Positions 19,920-30,206 of a DNA stretch of 64,000 bases are shown here, piece by piece. The translations under genes were made by a program, and so were the position numbers. The notes under the pieces are model-generated. The model saw only the letters and a program-made list of their open reading frames with translations. It had not been told where the DNA came from and made no database searches. Origin of the DNA: Candidatus Bathyarchaeia archaeon (GTDB lineage: Archaea > Thermoproteota > Bathyarchaeia > Bathyarchaeales > Bathycorpusculaceae); assembly GCA_038882955.1 (NCBI GenBank), contig JAVZNC010000001.1, positions 160,001 to 224,000 on the forward strand. The letters run 5' to 3'. The first letter of the stretch is position 1. Each line of letters opens with the position of its first letter.

Positions 19920-20111
19920 TCACATGACATCTCCAAACATGTCTTCGGATTCTTCTGTCATCTGATCGTCCCAGCACTCCCAACACATACCATCAAAATT
20001 CTCGTACTCGTCCTCGTCAATTTCGCAACCGCAAACCTCACAGTAAAACTTCTTTTCGCTTTCCTCTCCAGAAGCCTTACGCTTCTTTTTCTGTTTCTTC
20101 AAGCAGATCAC
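19920..20111 (-). CDS. Acidic CxxC zinc-finger microprotein with basic N-terminus
   Basis: YCEVCGCEIDEDEYENFDGMCWECW; start uncertain (GTG 20111 or TTG 20102). Confidence 0.7.
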   Translation of the reverse strand: MICLKKQKKKRKASGEESEKKFYCEVCGCEIDEDEYENFDGMCWECWDDQMTEESEDMFGDVM

Positions 20112-20173
20112 TAAATAATTTAACTGTCGCGTTGATGTAAAAACATTTTGAAGCACAAATCAATAAAAGTTCG

Positions 20174-21283
20174 CTAGATTGCTTGAGCAACGAGCTCAGC
20201 AATGTCTAAAACTTGGATTTTACCCTCATTACCAGTTGTTTTAACAGCATCCTCAATCGTTAATAGACAGAATGGGCAAGCAACAGCCAAAATTTCAGCG
20301 CCAGCGGCAACAGCGTCTTTAACGCGCATCTCAGCCAGTCTTGGTCCTGGAATATCAACCCACATTCTTCCGCCTCCTCCTTCGCAGCATAGGCTTCTGG
20401 CTCTTGAACGGTCAAACTCCAGAAGCGTTACGCCTGGAATGCTCTCAATTATTTTGCGCGGTTCTTCGTATATGCTGTTTTGTTTGCCCAAGAAGCATGG
20501 ATCATGATAAATTACTTTCTTTTTTACTTCTTTTGTAAACGTCAGTTTTTTCTCATCTACGAGTTTGGCTAGCAGTTGCGTGTGGTGGAGTGGCTCAAAG
20601 CTTGTTTGGTTGTAGCGGTTTTTGAAGGCGTGGAAGCCGTGTGGACAGTTTGTTACGGCTTGTTTGATGGCGTATTTGTTGAAGATTTTCATGTTCTCCT
20701 CAACTAGGAACTCGAACAGTCCTTTCTCGCCCATGCCGTAAACTTCGCTTCCGCAGCAGTTTTCCTCTTCGCCTAAAACGCCGAAGTTCACTCCAGCCTT
20801 TTGAAGGCATAAAACGAGGCTTTTTGCTACGCTTTGGACGCGGGGGTCGTAAGCCGATGTGCAGCCAACATAGTAGAGGATTTCGGCGCCTTGTGAAATA
20901 TGTTTGACGTTTAAGCCTTGGCTCCATTCAGTGCGTTTGCTTCGGATTCTAGCCCACGGGTTCCCATTCTTAAATATGCTTTCAAGCGCATCGCGTATCG
21001 TAGGCGCTATCTGCCCTTCTTCAACAGCCATACTTCTAATGTCAATTAGAAACTCGTAAGGGTTCAAGTCTTTTGGGCAGCGGACACCGCATGTGGAGCA
21101 TGTTGTGCAGCTCCATAACTCGTTTTGCGGGTGGATTGCTAACCGTCCAAGTGCGGAGACCTCGCGCATGTAACGTCTAATGTTTAGGTTGGCTTTTTTC
21201 GCTACTGGGCAGCTGCCCGTGCACATTCCGCATTGTATGCATTCGAGAAGCTTGTGTTTTTGGATTAGTTCTTGAACGTTCAT
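20174..21283 (-). CDS. Soluble HdrD/GlpC-like Fe-S oxidoreductase (2[4Fe-4S] + 2 CCG)
   Basis: CIQCGMCTGSCP, CTTCSTCGVRCP, NCCG, HDPCFLG, CCEGGGG, ACPFC; no TM segment. Confidence 0.85.
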   Translation of the reverse strand: MNVQELIQKHKLLECIQCGMCTGSCPVAKKANLNIRRYMREVSALGRLAIHPQNELWSCTTCSTCGVRCPKDLNPYEFLIDIRSMAVEEGQIAPTIRDALESIFKNGNPWARIRSKRTEWSQGLNVKHISQGAEILYYVGCTSAYDPRVQSVAKSLVLCLQKAGVNFGVLGEEENCCGSEVYGMGEKGLFEFLVEENMKIFNKYAIKQAVTNCPHGFHAFKNRYNQTSFEPLHHTQLLAKLVDEKKLTFTKEVKKKVIYHDPCFLGKQNSIYEEPRKIIESIPGVTLLEFDRSRARSLCCEGGGGRMWVDIPGPRLAEMRVKDAVAAGAEILAVACPFCLLTIEDAVKTTGNEGKIQVLDIAELVAQAI

Positions 21284-21383
21284 TTTAGATGTCACTTTGA
21301 CTGATTTCTGGGAGTAAGATTTTTAATAAGTGTTTTCCCTTCTATGAGTCAAAACATACATTGGAGAACGGAGATTACTCGTC

Positions 21384-23750
21384 ATGGAAAAGAAAACGCC
21401 GAGAATCGGAATTTTTGTCTGCGAATGCGGCGGAAACATAGGCGACGTGGTGGATGTTAAAGCTGTTGTTGACGCTGTTAAAAATTGGGAAGGCGTCGTC
21501 GTAGCCAAACAACACAAGTACCTTTGCTCAAAACCAGCACAAGAGATGATAATTGAAGCCGTAAAAAAGAACAACCTTGACCGAGTTATCGTCGCAAGTT
21601 GTACGCCGCGCATGCACTTACCAACATTTCAAAGTGTTTTGGAAAGGGCTGGACTGAACCCCCACATGCTTGAGTTTGTAAATATCCGCGAACAAAGCTC
21701 ATGGGTTCATGGTCCACACGCCTCGGCGGAAGCCACAAAGAAAGCCATAAGCCTAATCCGAGGCGGTTATGAAAGAAGCTTTGAGCTTGAACCTTTAGAA
21801 ACTATAAGTGAGAAAGGCTCAAGGGAAATACTAATAGTCGGCGGCGGCATCGCCGGAATAACAGCCGCTCTTGAGCTTGGATATTTAGGTTATAAGGTGC
21901 ACCTTGTAGAGCGAAAGCCAAGCATAGGCGGCAACATGGCAAAACTCACAAAAGTTTTTCCAACATTGGACTGCGCCCAATGCATTTTGACACCTAGGAT
22001 GGCGGAGGTGGGAAGAAACCCAAACGTGAACTTGCTGACGTATGCTGAAGTGCAAGAGGTAAGTGGAAGACCAGGCAATTACAAGGTTAAGGTCTTCATG
22101 AAGCCTAGAGGCGTGGACGTTGAAAAGTGCAGAAGCTGTGGCGTATGCGCTAAAGTTTGTCCAATAACTGTTCCAGACGAGTTTAATGAAAGCTTAATGC
22201 AGCGAAAAGCCGCATACATCGAGTTTCCACAGGCGGTTCCATCAGCCTACGTTATAGATTTTAACGCTTGCAATAAATGCCGAAAATGCGAGCAGCTTTG
22301 CCCAGCAAAAGCCATAAACATAGATGACGCTGGCAAGGTTGTTGAATTGAACGTTGGCGCGATAATTCTGGCTACGGGATACCAGCTTTACGACGCGCGA
22401 AAACTGGAGATTTATGGTTATGGCACATACAAAGACGTAATAACAATGATGGAGCTGGAGAGGCTAACGTCAGCAACTGGACCAACAGGCGGTTTTGTTA
22501 AAAGGGCTGACGGAAACGATGTCAGGAAAATAGCAATTGTCCTCTGCGCTGGCTCACGCGACAAAAATTACATCCCATACTGTAGCCGCATCTGCTGCAT
22601 GTACTCGCTAAAGCAAGCGTTTGTGCTAAAGAAGATGCTTGGAATAGACGTAACCATCTACTACATCGACATTAGGGCAACTGGAAAGGGCTATGAAGAC
22701 TTGTACTGGCGCGACCAAGAGGCAGGCGTAGTCTTCATCAAGGGCAAAGTTGCTGAAATCTACAAGAACAACGCAAATGGCAAGCTTGTGGTTCTGGCTG
22801 AAGACACTTTGACTGGCGAAATGCGAGAAGACGAGTATGACATGGTTGCTTTGGCTACACCCATGGTTCCGCCAGCAGGACTTAAGGAACTTGCCGAAAA
22901 AATGAAGGTGGCAATTGGCGAAGACGGCTTCATAACGGAGAAGCATCCGAAACTTGACCCCGTAGACTCGCTTGTGACTGGAATTTTCGCTTGCGGATGT
23001 ACCCTAAGCCCGAAAGACGTTAGGGATACGGTTTCAGACGGTTTGGGCGCAGCGGCAAGAGCGGCGCTTTTCCTCAAAAGCGAATATGTCACCACAAGCC
23101 CAGAAAAAGCTTATGTCATCGCGGACTTGTGCAATGGCTGTCAAGCATGTGTGCCAATTTGTCCCGTAAACGCTATAACAATGGTTGAAGGAAAAGCGAA
23201 AATAGACCCGTTCCAATGCGTCGGATGCGGGGCATGCATACCAGCGTGCCCACAAGAAGCTATAGACTTTAAGAATGCTACGACAAAGCAGATTCTCGCG
23301 ACGTTGAGGGGCGTTCTGGCGGAAAAACAAGCTGGAGAAGTAAGGATAGTAGCTTTTGTTGACAAGAATGTTGGTTACACTGGAATAGACTTTTTGGGAT
23401 TAGACAGAACAAACTATCCAGAAAATGTGCGTATAGTTGCCGTGCCATCAACGGCAATCTTGGGATTAAAACATATTCTCTACGCTTTTGCTTATGGCGC
23501 GGACGGTATACTAGTGATTGAAGGTTCAGAGGAGATAGACGAGAAGTTCACGAAGAAACGCATGATTGACATGGGAAGAGACCTAGCAAAATACGGCGTA
23601 GAATCGATGCGCTTGCGCTATAGTTATGTTCCACTGCCAGTTTACAAGAAGGCAGCAGAACTTTTCACAATGTTCACGGACAGAATAAAGAAGTTTGGAC
23701 CCCTCGCAGAGGAGAAAAGAACCAACATAAAGCAGCAACTAAAAATTTAG
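21384..23750 (+). CDS. hdrA: HdrA with Cys-less MvhD-like C-terminal domain
   Basis: VCECGG, ASCTPRMH, FPTLDCAQC, CAGSRD, CSRICCM; C-term YPENVRI...GADGILV has no Cys. Confidence 0.9.
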   Translation: MEKKTPRIGIFVCECGGNIGDVVDVKAVVDAVKNWEGVVVAKQHKYLCSKPAQEMIIEAVKKNNLDRVIVASCTPRMHLPTFQSVLERAGLNPHMLEFVNIREQSSWVHGPHASAEATKKAISLIRGGYERSFELEPLETISEKGSREILIVGGGIAGITAALELGYLGYKVHLVERKPSIGGNMAKLTKVFPTLDCAQCILTPRMAEVGRNPNVNLLTYAEVQEVSGRPGNYKVKVFMKPRGVDVEKCRSCGVCAKVCPITVPDEFNESLMQRKAAYIEFPQAVPSAYVIDFNACNKCRKCEQLCPAKAINIDDAGKVVELNVGAIILATGYQLYDARKLEIYGYGTYKDVITMMELERLTSATGPTGGFVKRADGNDVRKIAIVLCAGSRDKNYIPYCSRICCMYSLKQAFVLKKMLGIDVTIYYIDIRATGKGYEDLYWRDQEAGVVFIKGKVAEIYKNNANGKLVVLAEDTLTGEMREDEYDMVALATPMVPPAGLKELAEKMKVAIGEDGFITEKHPKLDPVDSLVTGIFACGCTLSPKDVRDTVSDGLGAAARAALFLKSEYVTTSPEKAYVIADLCNGCQACVPICPVNAITMVEGKAKIDPFQCVGCGACIPACPQEAIDFKNATTKQILATLRGVLAEKQAGEVRIVAFVDKNVGYTGIDFLGLDRTNYPENVRIVAVPSTAILGLKHILYAFAYGADGILVIEGSEEIDEKFTKKRMIDMGRDLAKYGVESMRLRYSYVPLPVYKKAAELFTMFTDRIKKFGPLAEEKRTNIKQQLKI

Positions 23751-23884
23751 GCTTTCAGAAACTGCTAAATTCGATACTCCCCTCTAGTTTTTTGGCAGCT
23801 AATGTTTGAAATGCAGCAGAAACAAGCAAAAGTTATATGAAAACGGTTTGTTATCAACTCTTCACAATTTGAGAGGGAAAAACT

Positions 23885-24673
23885 TTGGACATTATTGTTT
23901 GTGTTAAGCATGTTCCAGAAACCGCAGAGGCGGAACTGAAAATCCACGCAAGCGGAAAAGCCATAGAAAAAACGGGATTGGTCTTTGACATCAACGAGTG
24001 GGACGACTACGCACTTGAGGAGGCGGTGCGCATAAAAGAGAAGCTCGGCGGAACAGTCACAGCCATAACCGTAGGCGCAGAAGATTCTGACAGCACACTG
24101 CGAAAGTGCCTAGCACGAGGCGCAGACAAAGCCATACGCGTTTCAGACCCAAAATTTGAAGGTTCAGACGGCTATGCAACAGCAAAAATCCTACACAGCA
24201 TAATCAAAAACCTGCATTACGACTTGATTTTGACTGGTTTTCAGGCTGGGGATGACGGCTACTCGATGGTTGGTCCAATACTGGCTGAAATGCTTGGGAT
24301 ACCGCACGCAGCACTTGTTAAGAAAATTGAGTTGGGAGCTGGAACAGCGCGAGTTAACCGTGAACTTGAAGGCGGAATAGAAGAAGTCTTGGAAGTTAGG
24401 CTTCCAGCGCTTTTTGCAGTGCAAACAGGCATAAACGAGCCACGCTACGTTTCAATAATGGGCATACGCAAGGCAATGCAAAAGGAGATAAAAGTCGTAA
24501 GCTTGGCGGAAACTGGACTGAGCGAGGCGGATGTCGGCGAAGCAGGCTCATGGCTTAGAATAGAGAAGCTTTACGTGCCGCCAGTAGAAAAGCAAGCGGA
24601 ATTCCTCAAGGGAAGCCCAGACGAGGTTGCAGCGAAAATTGTTGAAATTCTCAAGTCGAGGGGGCTGATATAA
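23885..24673 (+). CDS. etfB: Electron transfer flavoprotein beta
   Basis: IIVCVKHVP, ALEEA, INEPRY. Confidence 0.93.
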   Translation: MDIIVCVKHVPETAEAELKIHASGKAIEKTGLVFDINEWDDYALEEAVRIKEKLGGTVTAITVGAEDSDSTLRKCLARGADKAIRVSDPKFEGSDGYATAKILHSIIKNLHYDLILTGFQAGDDGYSMVGPILAEMLGIPHAALVKKIELGAGTARVNRELEGGIEEVLEVRLPALFAVQTGINEPRYVSIMGIRKAMQKEIKVVSLAETGLSEADVGEAGSWLRIEKLYVPPVEKQAEFLKGSPDEVAAKIVEILKSRGLI

Positions 24674-25663
24674 ATGGCGGGAATATTCGTTTTAGCAGAG
24701 CATAGGCAAGGGCAAATACGGGACATAACGTATGAGATGCTGACAAAGGGTAAGGAAATAGCCGAAAAGGCGAATGCTGAACTGACAGCCATCCTACTAG
24801 GCAAGGACATTAGAGAAAAGGCGAAGACGCTTTCAGAGTATGCTAAAAAAGTTTTGGTGGTAGGAGACGCGAAGCTTGAAAACTTCAATTCAGAAGCCTA
24901 CCAGAAAGTGCTCTCAAGCCTAATCAAGGAAGAGAAGCCACTACTGACGATGGTTGGACACACTTCTTGCGGTGTGGAGCTTGCGCCTAGGCTTGCCGCC
25001 GCGTTGGGCATCCCGCTCGCAACAGATTGCATAGACCTGTCCTTTGAAAGCGAAAACCTAACGGTGACGAGGCAAATGTACGGCGGCAAAGTCAACGTCA
25101 AAGCTTCGCTTAAAAAGGCAGAAAGCTACATGGTCACGGTGCGCCAAGCAGCCTTCACAGCCAAAAAGCCAGAACCACCATTAAACGGAGAAATAATAGA
25201 AAAACCATCGCCACTAGCCGAAGAAATAACAACAAAACGATTCATAGAATATGTTTTGCCGCCGCCAGGAGGAGTGGACATAACAGCAGCAGAAAAGCTC
25301 GTTGGCATAGGAAGGGGCATAAAAGACCAGGCGAACATGCCGTTGATGGAGGAATTCGCAAAAACGTTGGGCGCAGTTCTCGCCTGTTCAAGACCAGTTG
25401 TGGATAAGGGTTGGCTTCCAAGCGACCGCCAAGTTGGCAGTTCGGGAAAAACAGTTAAGCCTAAACTTTACATTGCAGTTGGCATAAGCGGCGCCTTCCA
25501 ACACGTGCTGGGAATGAAGAACTCCGACCTAATCATAGCAATAAACAAGGACCCGAACGCGCCGATATTCAGCTTTTCAGACTACGGCGTGGTTGACGAC
25601 TTGTTCAAAGTTGTGCCAGCCTTAAAGAACAAGATAGCAGAGTTAAAAGGACAAAAGACGTAA
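24674..25663 (+). CDS. etfA: Electron transfer flavoprotein alpha
   Basis: SRPVVD, QVGSSGKTV, GISGAFQH, AINKD. Confidence 0.93.
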   Translation: MAGIFVLAEHRQGQIRDITYEMLTKGKEIAEKANAELTAILLGKDIREKAKTLSEYAKKVLVVGDAKLENFNSEAYQKVLSSLIKEEKPLLTMVGHTSCGVELAPRLAAALGIPLATDCIDLSFESENLTVTRQMYGGKVNVKASLKKAESYMVTVRQAAFTAKKPEPPLNGEIIEKPSPLAEEITTKRFIEYVLPPPGGVDITAAEKLVGIGRGIKDQANMPLMEEFAKTLGAVLACSRPVVDKGWLPSDRQVGSSGKTVKPKLYIAVGISGAFQHVLGMKNSDLIIAINKDPNAPIFSFSDYGVVDDLFKVVPALKNKIAELKGQKT

Positions 25664-25686
25664 AATCACTGGAGGAGAAAGCCAAA

Positions 25687-26841
25687 ATGGAATTTAAACT
25701 AACAGCGGAACAGCTTGAAATAAAGAAGGCAGCACGCGAGTTCGCAGAAAAAGAGTTCACGCCGGAACTCGCCTTGGAATACGACCAGAAAGAAGAGTTT
25801 CCAATGGCGCTGTACAAGAAGGCTGCACACCTCGGATTTACAGGCATGCGCATTCCACAAGAATACGGCGGACAAGGCTACGGCGTACTAGAAGAATGCA
25901 TTGTCGTTGAAGAATTTTGCCGAGTAGACCCGGGTTTGGGCGTGGCAGTGTCCCTAGGCAACCTTATGGTTCCAGACGTGCTGCTGAAACACGGCACGGA
26001 ACAGCAGAAAGAAAAGTATATTCCGCCGCTGGCGAAAGGCGAAAAAATAGCCGCTGCAGCCTTCACAGAACCAGAACATGGAAGCGACATAACACGCATG
26101 AACACAACAGCGGTGAAAAGCGGAAACGAATGGATAATAAATGGCGACAAACAGTTCATTACAAACGCGCCGATAGCAGACACGTTCATAATACTGTGCC
26201 AAACAGACCCCAACGCGCAGCCGCCACACCGCGGACAAAGCCTATTCCTAGTGGAAAAGGGCACGCCGGGGCTGGACGCAACAAAACTGCATGGAAAAAT
26301 GGGCATAAAACCATGCATTACGGGTTCACTTGCACTTTCCGACTTAAAAGTGCCAGAAACAAACCTTATAGGCGAATTGAACAAGGGCTTCTATTACGCT
26401 TTGGAACTTTTCGATGGAACACGCATAACTGTTGCAGCCCAAGCAGTCGGAATGGCTCAAGGAGCATTTGAACGCGCATTAAACTATGCGAAAACGCGAA
26501 AACAGTTTGGTCAACCAATAATAAACTTCCAAGGCGTAGCATTCAAACTGGCTGAAATGGCAATGAAGATTGAGGCAGCGCGCCTAATGACGTATAAGGC
26601 AGCTTGGCTTTACGACAAAGAAAAGCCGAACCCCGCGGCAACTTCGATGGCTAAAGCCTACGCTAGTCGCGTGGCAATGGAGGTTACCGACGACGCTATA
26701 CAGATTCTCGGCGGATACGGTTATTTAGCGGACTATCATGTGGAGCGTTTCCACCGCTGCGCGAAGATAACGGAAATCTATGAAGGAACAACCGAGGTTC
26801 AGAAACTCACTATAGTAAACTTCTTACAGAAACAGGCATAA
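25687..26841 (+). CDS. Acyl-CoA dehydrogenase
   Basis: FTEPEHGSD, FITN, RKQFG, GGYGY, IYEGT. Confidence 0.93.
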   Translation: MEFKLTAEQLEIKKAAREFAEKEFTPELALEYDQKEEFPMALYKKAAHLGFTGMRIPQEYGGQGYGVLEECIVVEEFCRVDPGLGVAVSLGNLMVPDVLLKHGTEQQKEKYIPPLAKGEKIAAAAFTEPEHGSDITRMNTTAVKSGNEWIINGDKQFITNAPIADTFIILCQTDPNAQPPHRGQSLFLVEKGTPGLDATKLHGKMGIKPCITGSLALSDLKVPETNLIGELNKGFYYALELFDGTRITVAAQAVGMAQGAFERALNYAKTRKQFGQPIINFQGVAFKLAEMAMKIEAARLMTYKAAWLYDKEKPNPAATSMAKAYASRVAMEVTDDAIQILGGYGYLADYHVERFHRCAKITEIYEGTTEVQKLTIVNFLQKQA

Positions 26842-26947
26842 CCAAATTTCGCCTTTTTCTCTTTTAATCCATAATTAGGCGCGTAATTTCAAAGCTTTTA
26901 TACGCTCTCAACGCATTATTCTATATTCTCTAAAAGGAGGAAGTATT

Positions 26948-28138
26948 TTGTCTATCGGAAAAATTCAAAAAGCGGCTGTTATCGGTTCTGGGGCGATGGG
27001 ACATGGAATTACACAGCTTTTAGCCATGACTGGACACACGGTTACAATGGTTGACGTAAGCGATGATTTTCTCCAAAAGGGGATGGAAAAAATCAGGTGG
27101 AGTCTAGAAAAATTTGTTGAAAAGAAAAGAGTTAGACGGGAAGATGCTGACGCTGCGCTGGCAAGGATAAGCACAACAACAAGTTACGAGCAAGCCGCGG
27201 GGGATATAGACCTAGCAATAGAGGCGGTTCCAGAAAACATTGACTTAAAAAAGAAAGTTTTCGCAACGCTGGACTCCATAGCGCCACCGCATGCAATTTT
27301 GGCATCAAATACATCAACGCTGAGCATAACGGAGATGGGAAGGGCCACAAAACGTCCAGACAAAGTTGCTGGAATGCACTTCTTCAACCCGCCGCAACTC
27401 ATGGCGCTGGTGGAAGTGATAAAAGGCGAAGAAACAAGCCAAGAGACGCTAAACACGCTTATAGAACTCGCCAAAAAACTTGGAAAAACACCAGTAACAG
27501 TACGAAAAGACGTTAGAGGCTTCATAGTAAACAGAATTTTAGGCGCAGTCTTTAATGAGGCGTTCTGGGCTTATCACAGAGGCGAAACAACAAAGGAGGG
27601 AATAGACGCTTCGGTGAAATATACGGGCGGTTTTCCAATGGGATGGTTCGAACTCGCAGACTTCGTCGGGCTAGACATAGCCTACGAAGTAGGAAAAATA
27701 TTGTACGAGGCTTATGGCGAAAGAATGAAGCCATGCATAGAAGTAATAGAACCACTAATAAAGGAACGCAAATTCGGACAAAAGACAGGCGTAGGCTTCT
27801 ATGACTGGACGAAAGGGAGACCACGCATACCATTCAACCTACTCGAAGAATACGACGTCGAAAGGTCATGGGCAGTAGCAGCAAACGAAGCAGCATGGCT
27901 AGTCCACGACGACGCAGCAAACCCAGAAGACATAGACACTGGAATGAAACTTGGCACATATTGGCCTTCAGGACCATGCGAATACGCTGACAGAGTCGGC
28001 TTAGACGTTATAGTTGGCAAGTTGAAGGAGTTACACGCAAAATATAACATGGAAATGTATAAGCCATGTCCACTCCTAGAAGATTACGTTAGCAAAGGTT
28101 GGACGGGTAAAAAGGCTGGAAGGGGGTTCTACCATTGA
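26948..28138 (+). CDS. 3-hydroxyacyl-CoA dehydrogenase
   Basis: GSGAMGHG, EAVPE, SNTS, GMHFFNP, GFIVNR; duplicated C-terminal domain. Confidence 0.92.
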   Translation: MSIGKIQKAAVIGSGAMGHGITQLLAMTGHTVTMVDVSDDFLQKGMEKIRWSLEKFVEKKRVRREDADAALARISTTTSYEQAAGDIDLAIEAVPENIDLKKKVFATLDSIAPPHAILASNTSTLSITEMGRATKRPDKVAGMHFFNPPQLMALVEVIKGEETSQETLNTLIELAKKLGKTPVTVRKDVRGFIVNRILGAVFNEAFWAYHRGETTKEGIDASVKYTGGFPMGWFELADFVGLDIAYEVGKILYEAYGERMKPCIEVIEPLIKERKFGQKTGVGFYDWTKGRPRIPFNLLEEYDVERSWAVAANEAAWLVHDDAANPEDIDTGMKLGTYWPSGPCEYADRVGLDVIVGKLKELHAKYNMEMYKPCPLLEDYVSKGWTGKKAGRGFYH

Positions 28139-29289
28139 AGTTTGAGCTGACAGAAGAACAAATTGGAATTGTGAACGCGGTTAGGGAGTTCTGCCAAAAA
28201 GAGTTCAAACCAGAAATAGCCCTAGAACTCGACAGAAAAGAAGAGTATCCAATGGAAATATACAAGAAAGCAGCACAGCTAGGATTCACAAGCATGTTCT
28301 TCCCACAAGAGTACGGCGGACAGGGCTATGGGTTGCTTGAAACATGCCTCGTCATCGAAGAAATGTGCAGGGCAGACTCGTCGCTTGGCGTAGCAGTTTC
28401 AAGCGGAAACTTTGGAAGCGAGCTAATACTCGCGTATGGAACAAAGGAGCAGAAGGAAAAATATTTGCCGCCAATTTGCAAGGGCGATTTTACATCAGCA
28501 GCAGCGTTCACAGAGCCGAACGTCAGCGGAAGCGACATAACGCGTATGGAAACGACAGCTACAAAATATGGAAACGAATGGTGGATAAACGGAACAAAAA
28601 CCTTCATAACAAACGCAACAATCGCCAACTTCATAGTCGTACTAACACAAACAGACACCAAAGTGAGACCAACATACAGAGGCGAAACGCTTTTCGTGGT
28701 GGACAAAGGCACGCCGGGACTAGAAACAACAAAGCTTCACGACAAGATGGGAATCAGATGCTCCGTCACAGGCGAAGTAAAATTTGACAACGTGAAAGTG
28801 ACAGACGCAAACATAGTAGGCGAACTGAATAGGGGATTCTACTACTCAATGGAGTTCTTCGACAAAACAAGAGTTGGCGTAGCAGCCCAAGCAGTTGGAA
28901 TGGCACAAGGCGCATGGGAAATAGCATTCAAATATGCAAAACAAAGGGAAGCCTTCGGACAGCCAATACTACAGCATGAGCTGATAGGATGCGGGCTAGC
29001 AGAAGCCATGACAAAAATCGAGGCGGCAAGATGGCTAACGTATAGGGCAGCATGGCTCATAGACGCTGGAAAAATGGACCCGATGGCAACAGCCATGGCG
29101 AAACAATACGCAAGCCGCGTGGCAATGGAAGTCACAGACTTTGCAATACAAACACTTGGCGGATACGGCTACTTAGGCGATTACCGCGTTGAACGTTATC
29201 ACCGAGACGCGAAAATAACCGAAATCTACGAGGGGACAAGCGAAATTCAGAAACTCACGGTGTTAAAGTATCTGCTGCGGAAGTTCTAG
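28135..29289 (+). CDS. Acyl-CoA dehydrogenase (paralog of 25687-26841)
   Basis: FTEPNVSGSD, GTKTFITN, GGYGY, IYEGT. Confidence 0.93.
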   Translation: MKFELTEEQIGIVNAVREFCQKEFKPEIALELDRKEEYPMEIYKKAAQLGFTSMFFPQEYGGQGYGLLETCLVIEEMCRADSSLGVAVSSGNFGSELILAYGTKEQKEKYLPPICKGDFTSAAAFTEPNVSGSDITRMETTATKYGNEWWINGTKTFITNATIANFIVVLTQTDTKVRPTYRGETLFVVDKGTPGLETTKLHDKMGIRCSVTGEVKFDNVKVTDANIVGELNRGFYYSMEFFDKTRVGVAAQAVGMAQGAWEIAFKYAKQREAFGQPILQHELIGCGLAEAMTKIEAARWLTYRAAWLIDAGKMDPMATAMAKQYASRVAMEVTDFAIQTLGGYGYLGDYRVERYHRDAKITEIYEGTSEIQKLTVLKYLLRKF

Positions 29290-29343
29290 AACTATGAAAA
29301 ATGATAATAATTATGCGCAACAAAATGTGTGCGTGGTGAAAAT

Positions 29344-30132
29344 ATGAGTAAAGCGTATGAAACGATAAAAGTGGAAAGAGAACAAAGCGTGTTGTGGATA
29401 ATACTGAACAGGGCGCATAGGCTTAACGCCTTCAACGACGTTATGCTTGAAGAACTTGGCGACGTATTAGATACTGCAGAAAAAGACCCATCAGTCAAGT
29501 GCATAGTAATAACCGGTGAGGGCGACAGGGCTTTCAGCGCGGGCGCAGATGTTACAATGTTTCCTAAGGCAACGCCAGCGAAAGCCGAAGAATTCTCAAG
29601 ATTTGGACAGAAAATCTTCGGAAAAATAGAGGAAATGTCAAAGCCAGTAATCGCGGCGATAAACGGCTTCGCCCTAGGCGGAGGACTAGAACTGGCATTA
29701 GCATGCGACTTCAGAGTGGCAGCAGAACATGCAGAACTCGGAAGCCCAGAAATAGCCCTGGGTTTAATTCCAGGATGGGGCGGAACACAGCGGCTTGTTA
29801 GAATCGTTGGTTTAGCCAAAGCCAAAGAAATGGTTATGCTTGGCGTGCGCGTCAAGGCAGAAGAAGCCCTAAAAATAGGTTTAGTCCACAAGGTTGTGCA
29901 CTTTGACAAGTTACGGGACGAGGTTAGAGCCTTAGCGAACACGCTTGCGGAAGGACCGCCAATAGCGATGAAATATGCGAAACACGCCTTAAACTTTGGG
30001 ACACAAGTGCCGTTGGAGGTTGGCTTGCGCCTAGAATCTGGACTTATGGGCTTGGCGTTCTCAACTGAAGACTTAAAAGAAGGCGTGGAAGCGTTCATGT
30101 CGAGACGCAAGGCTGAATTCAAAGGCAAATAA
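29344..30132 (+). CDS. Enoyl-CoA hydratase (crotonase)
   Basis: AFSAGAD, ALGGGLELALACD, PEIALGLIPGWGGTQRL; ATG at 29344. Confidence 0.93.
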   Translation: MSKAYETIKVEREQSVLWIILNRAHRLNAFNDVMLEELGDVLDTAEKDPSVKCIVITGEGDRAFSAGADVTMFPKATPAKAEEFSRFGQKIFGKIEEMSKPVIAAINGFALGGGLELALACDFRVAAEHAELGSPEIALGLIPGWGGTQRLVRIVGLAKAKEMVMLGVRVKAEEALKIGLVHKVVHFDKLRDEVRALANTLAEGPPIAMKYAKHALNFGTQVPLEVGLRLESGLMGLAFSTEDLKEGVEAFMSRRKAEFKGK

Positions 30133-30206
30133 AGCGGACAGCTAATCTCTTTTCCCATCTTTTTTCACACATCAAAATTCGCTTCAAAATTGAGTGTGGT
30201 GTCAAA

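Noticed and set aside
29292-30158. 288-aa minus-strand ORF
   Set aside because: Antisense shadow of the clearly identifiable enoyl-CoA hydratase; no motifs of its own.
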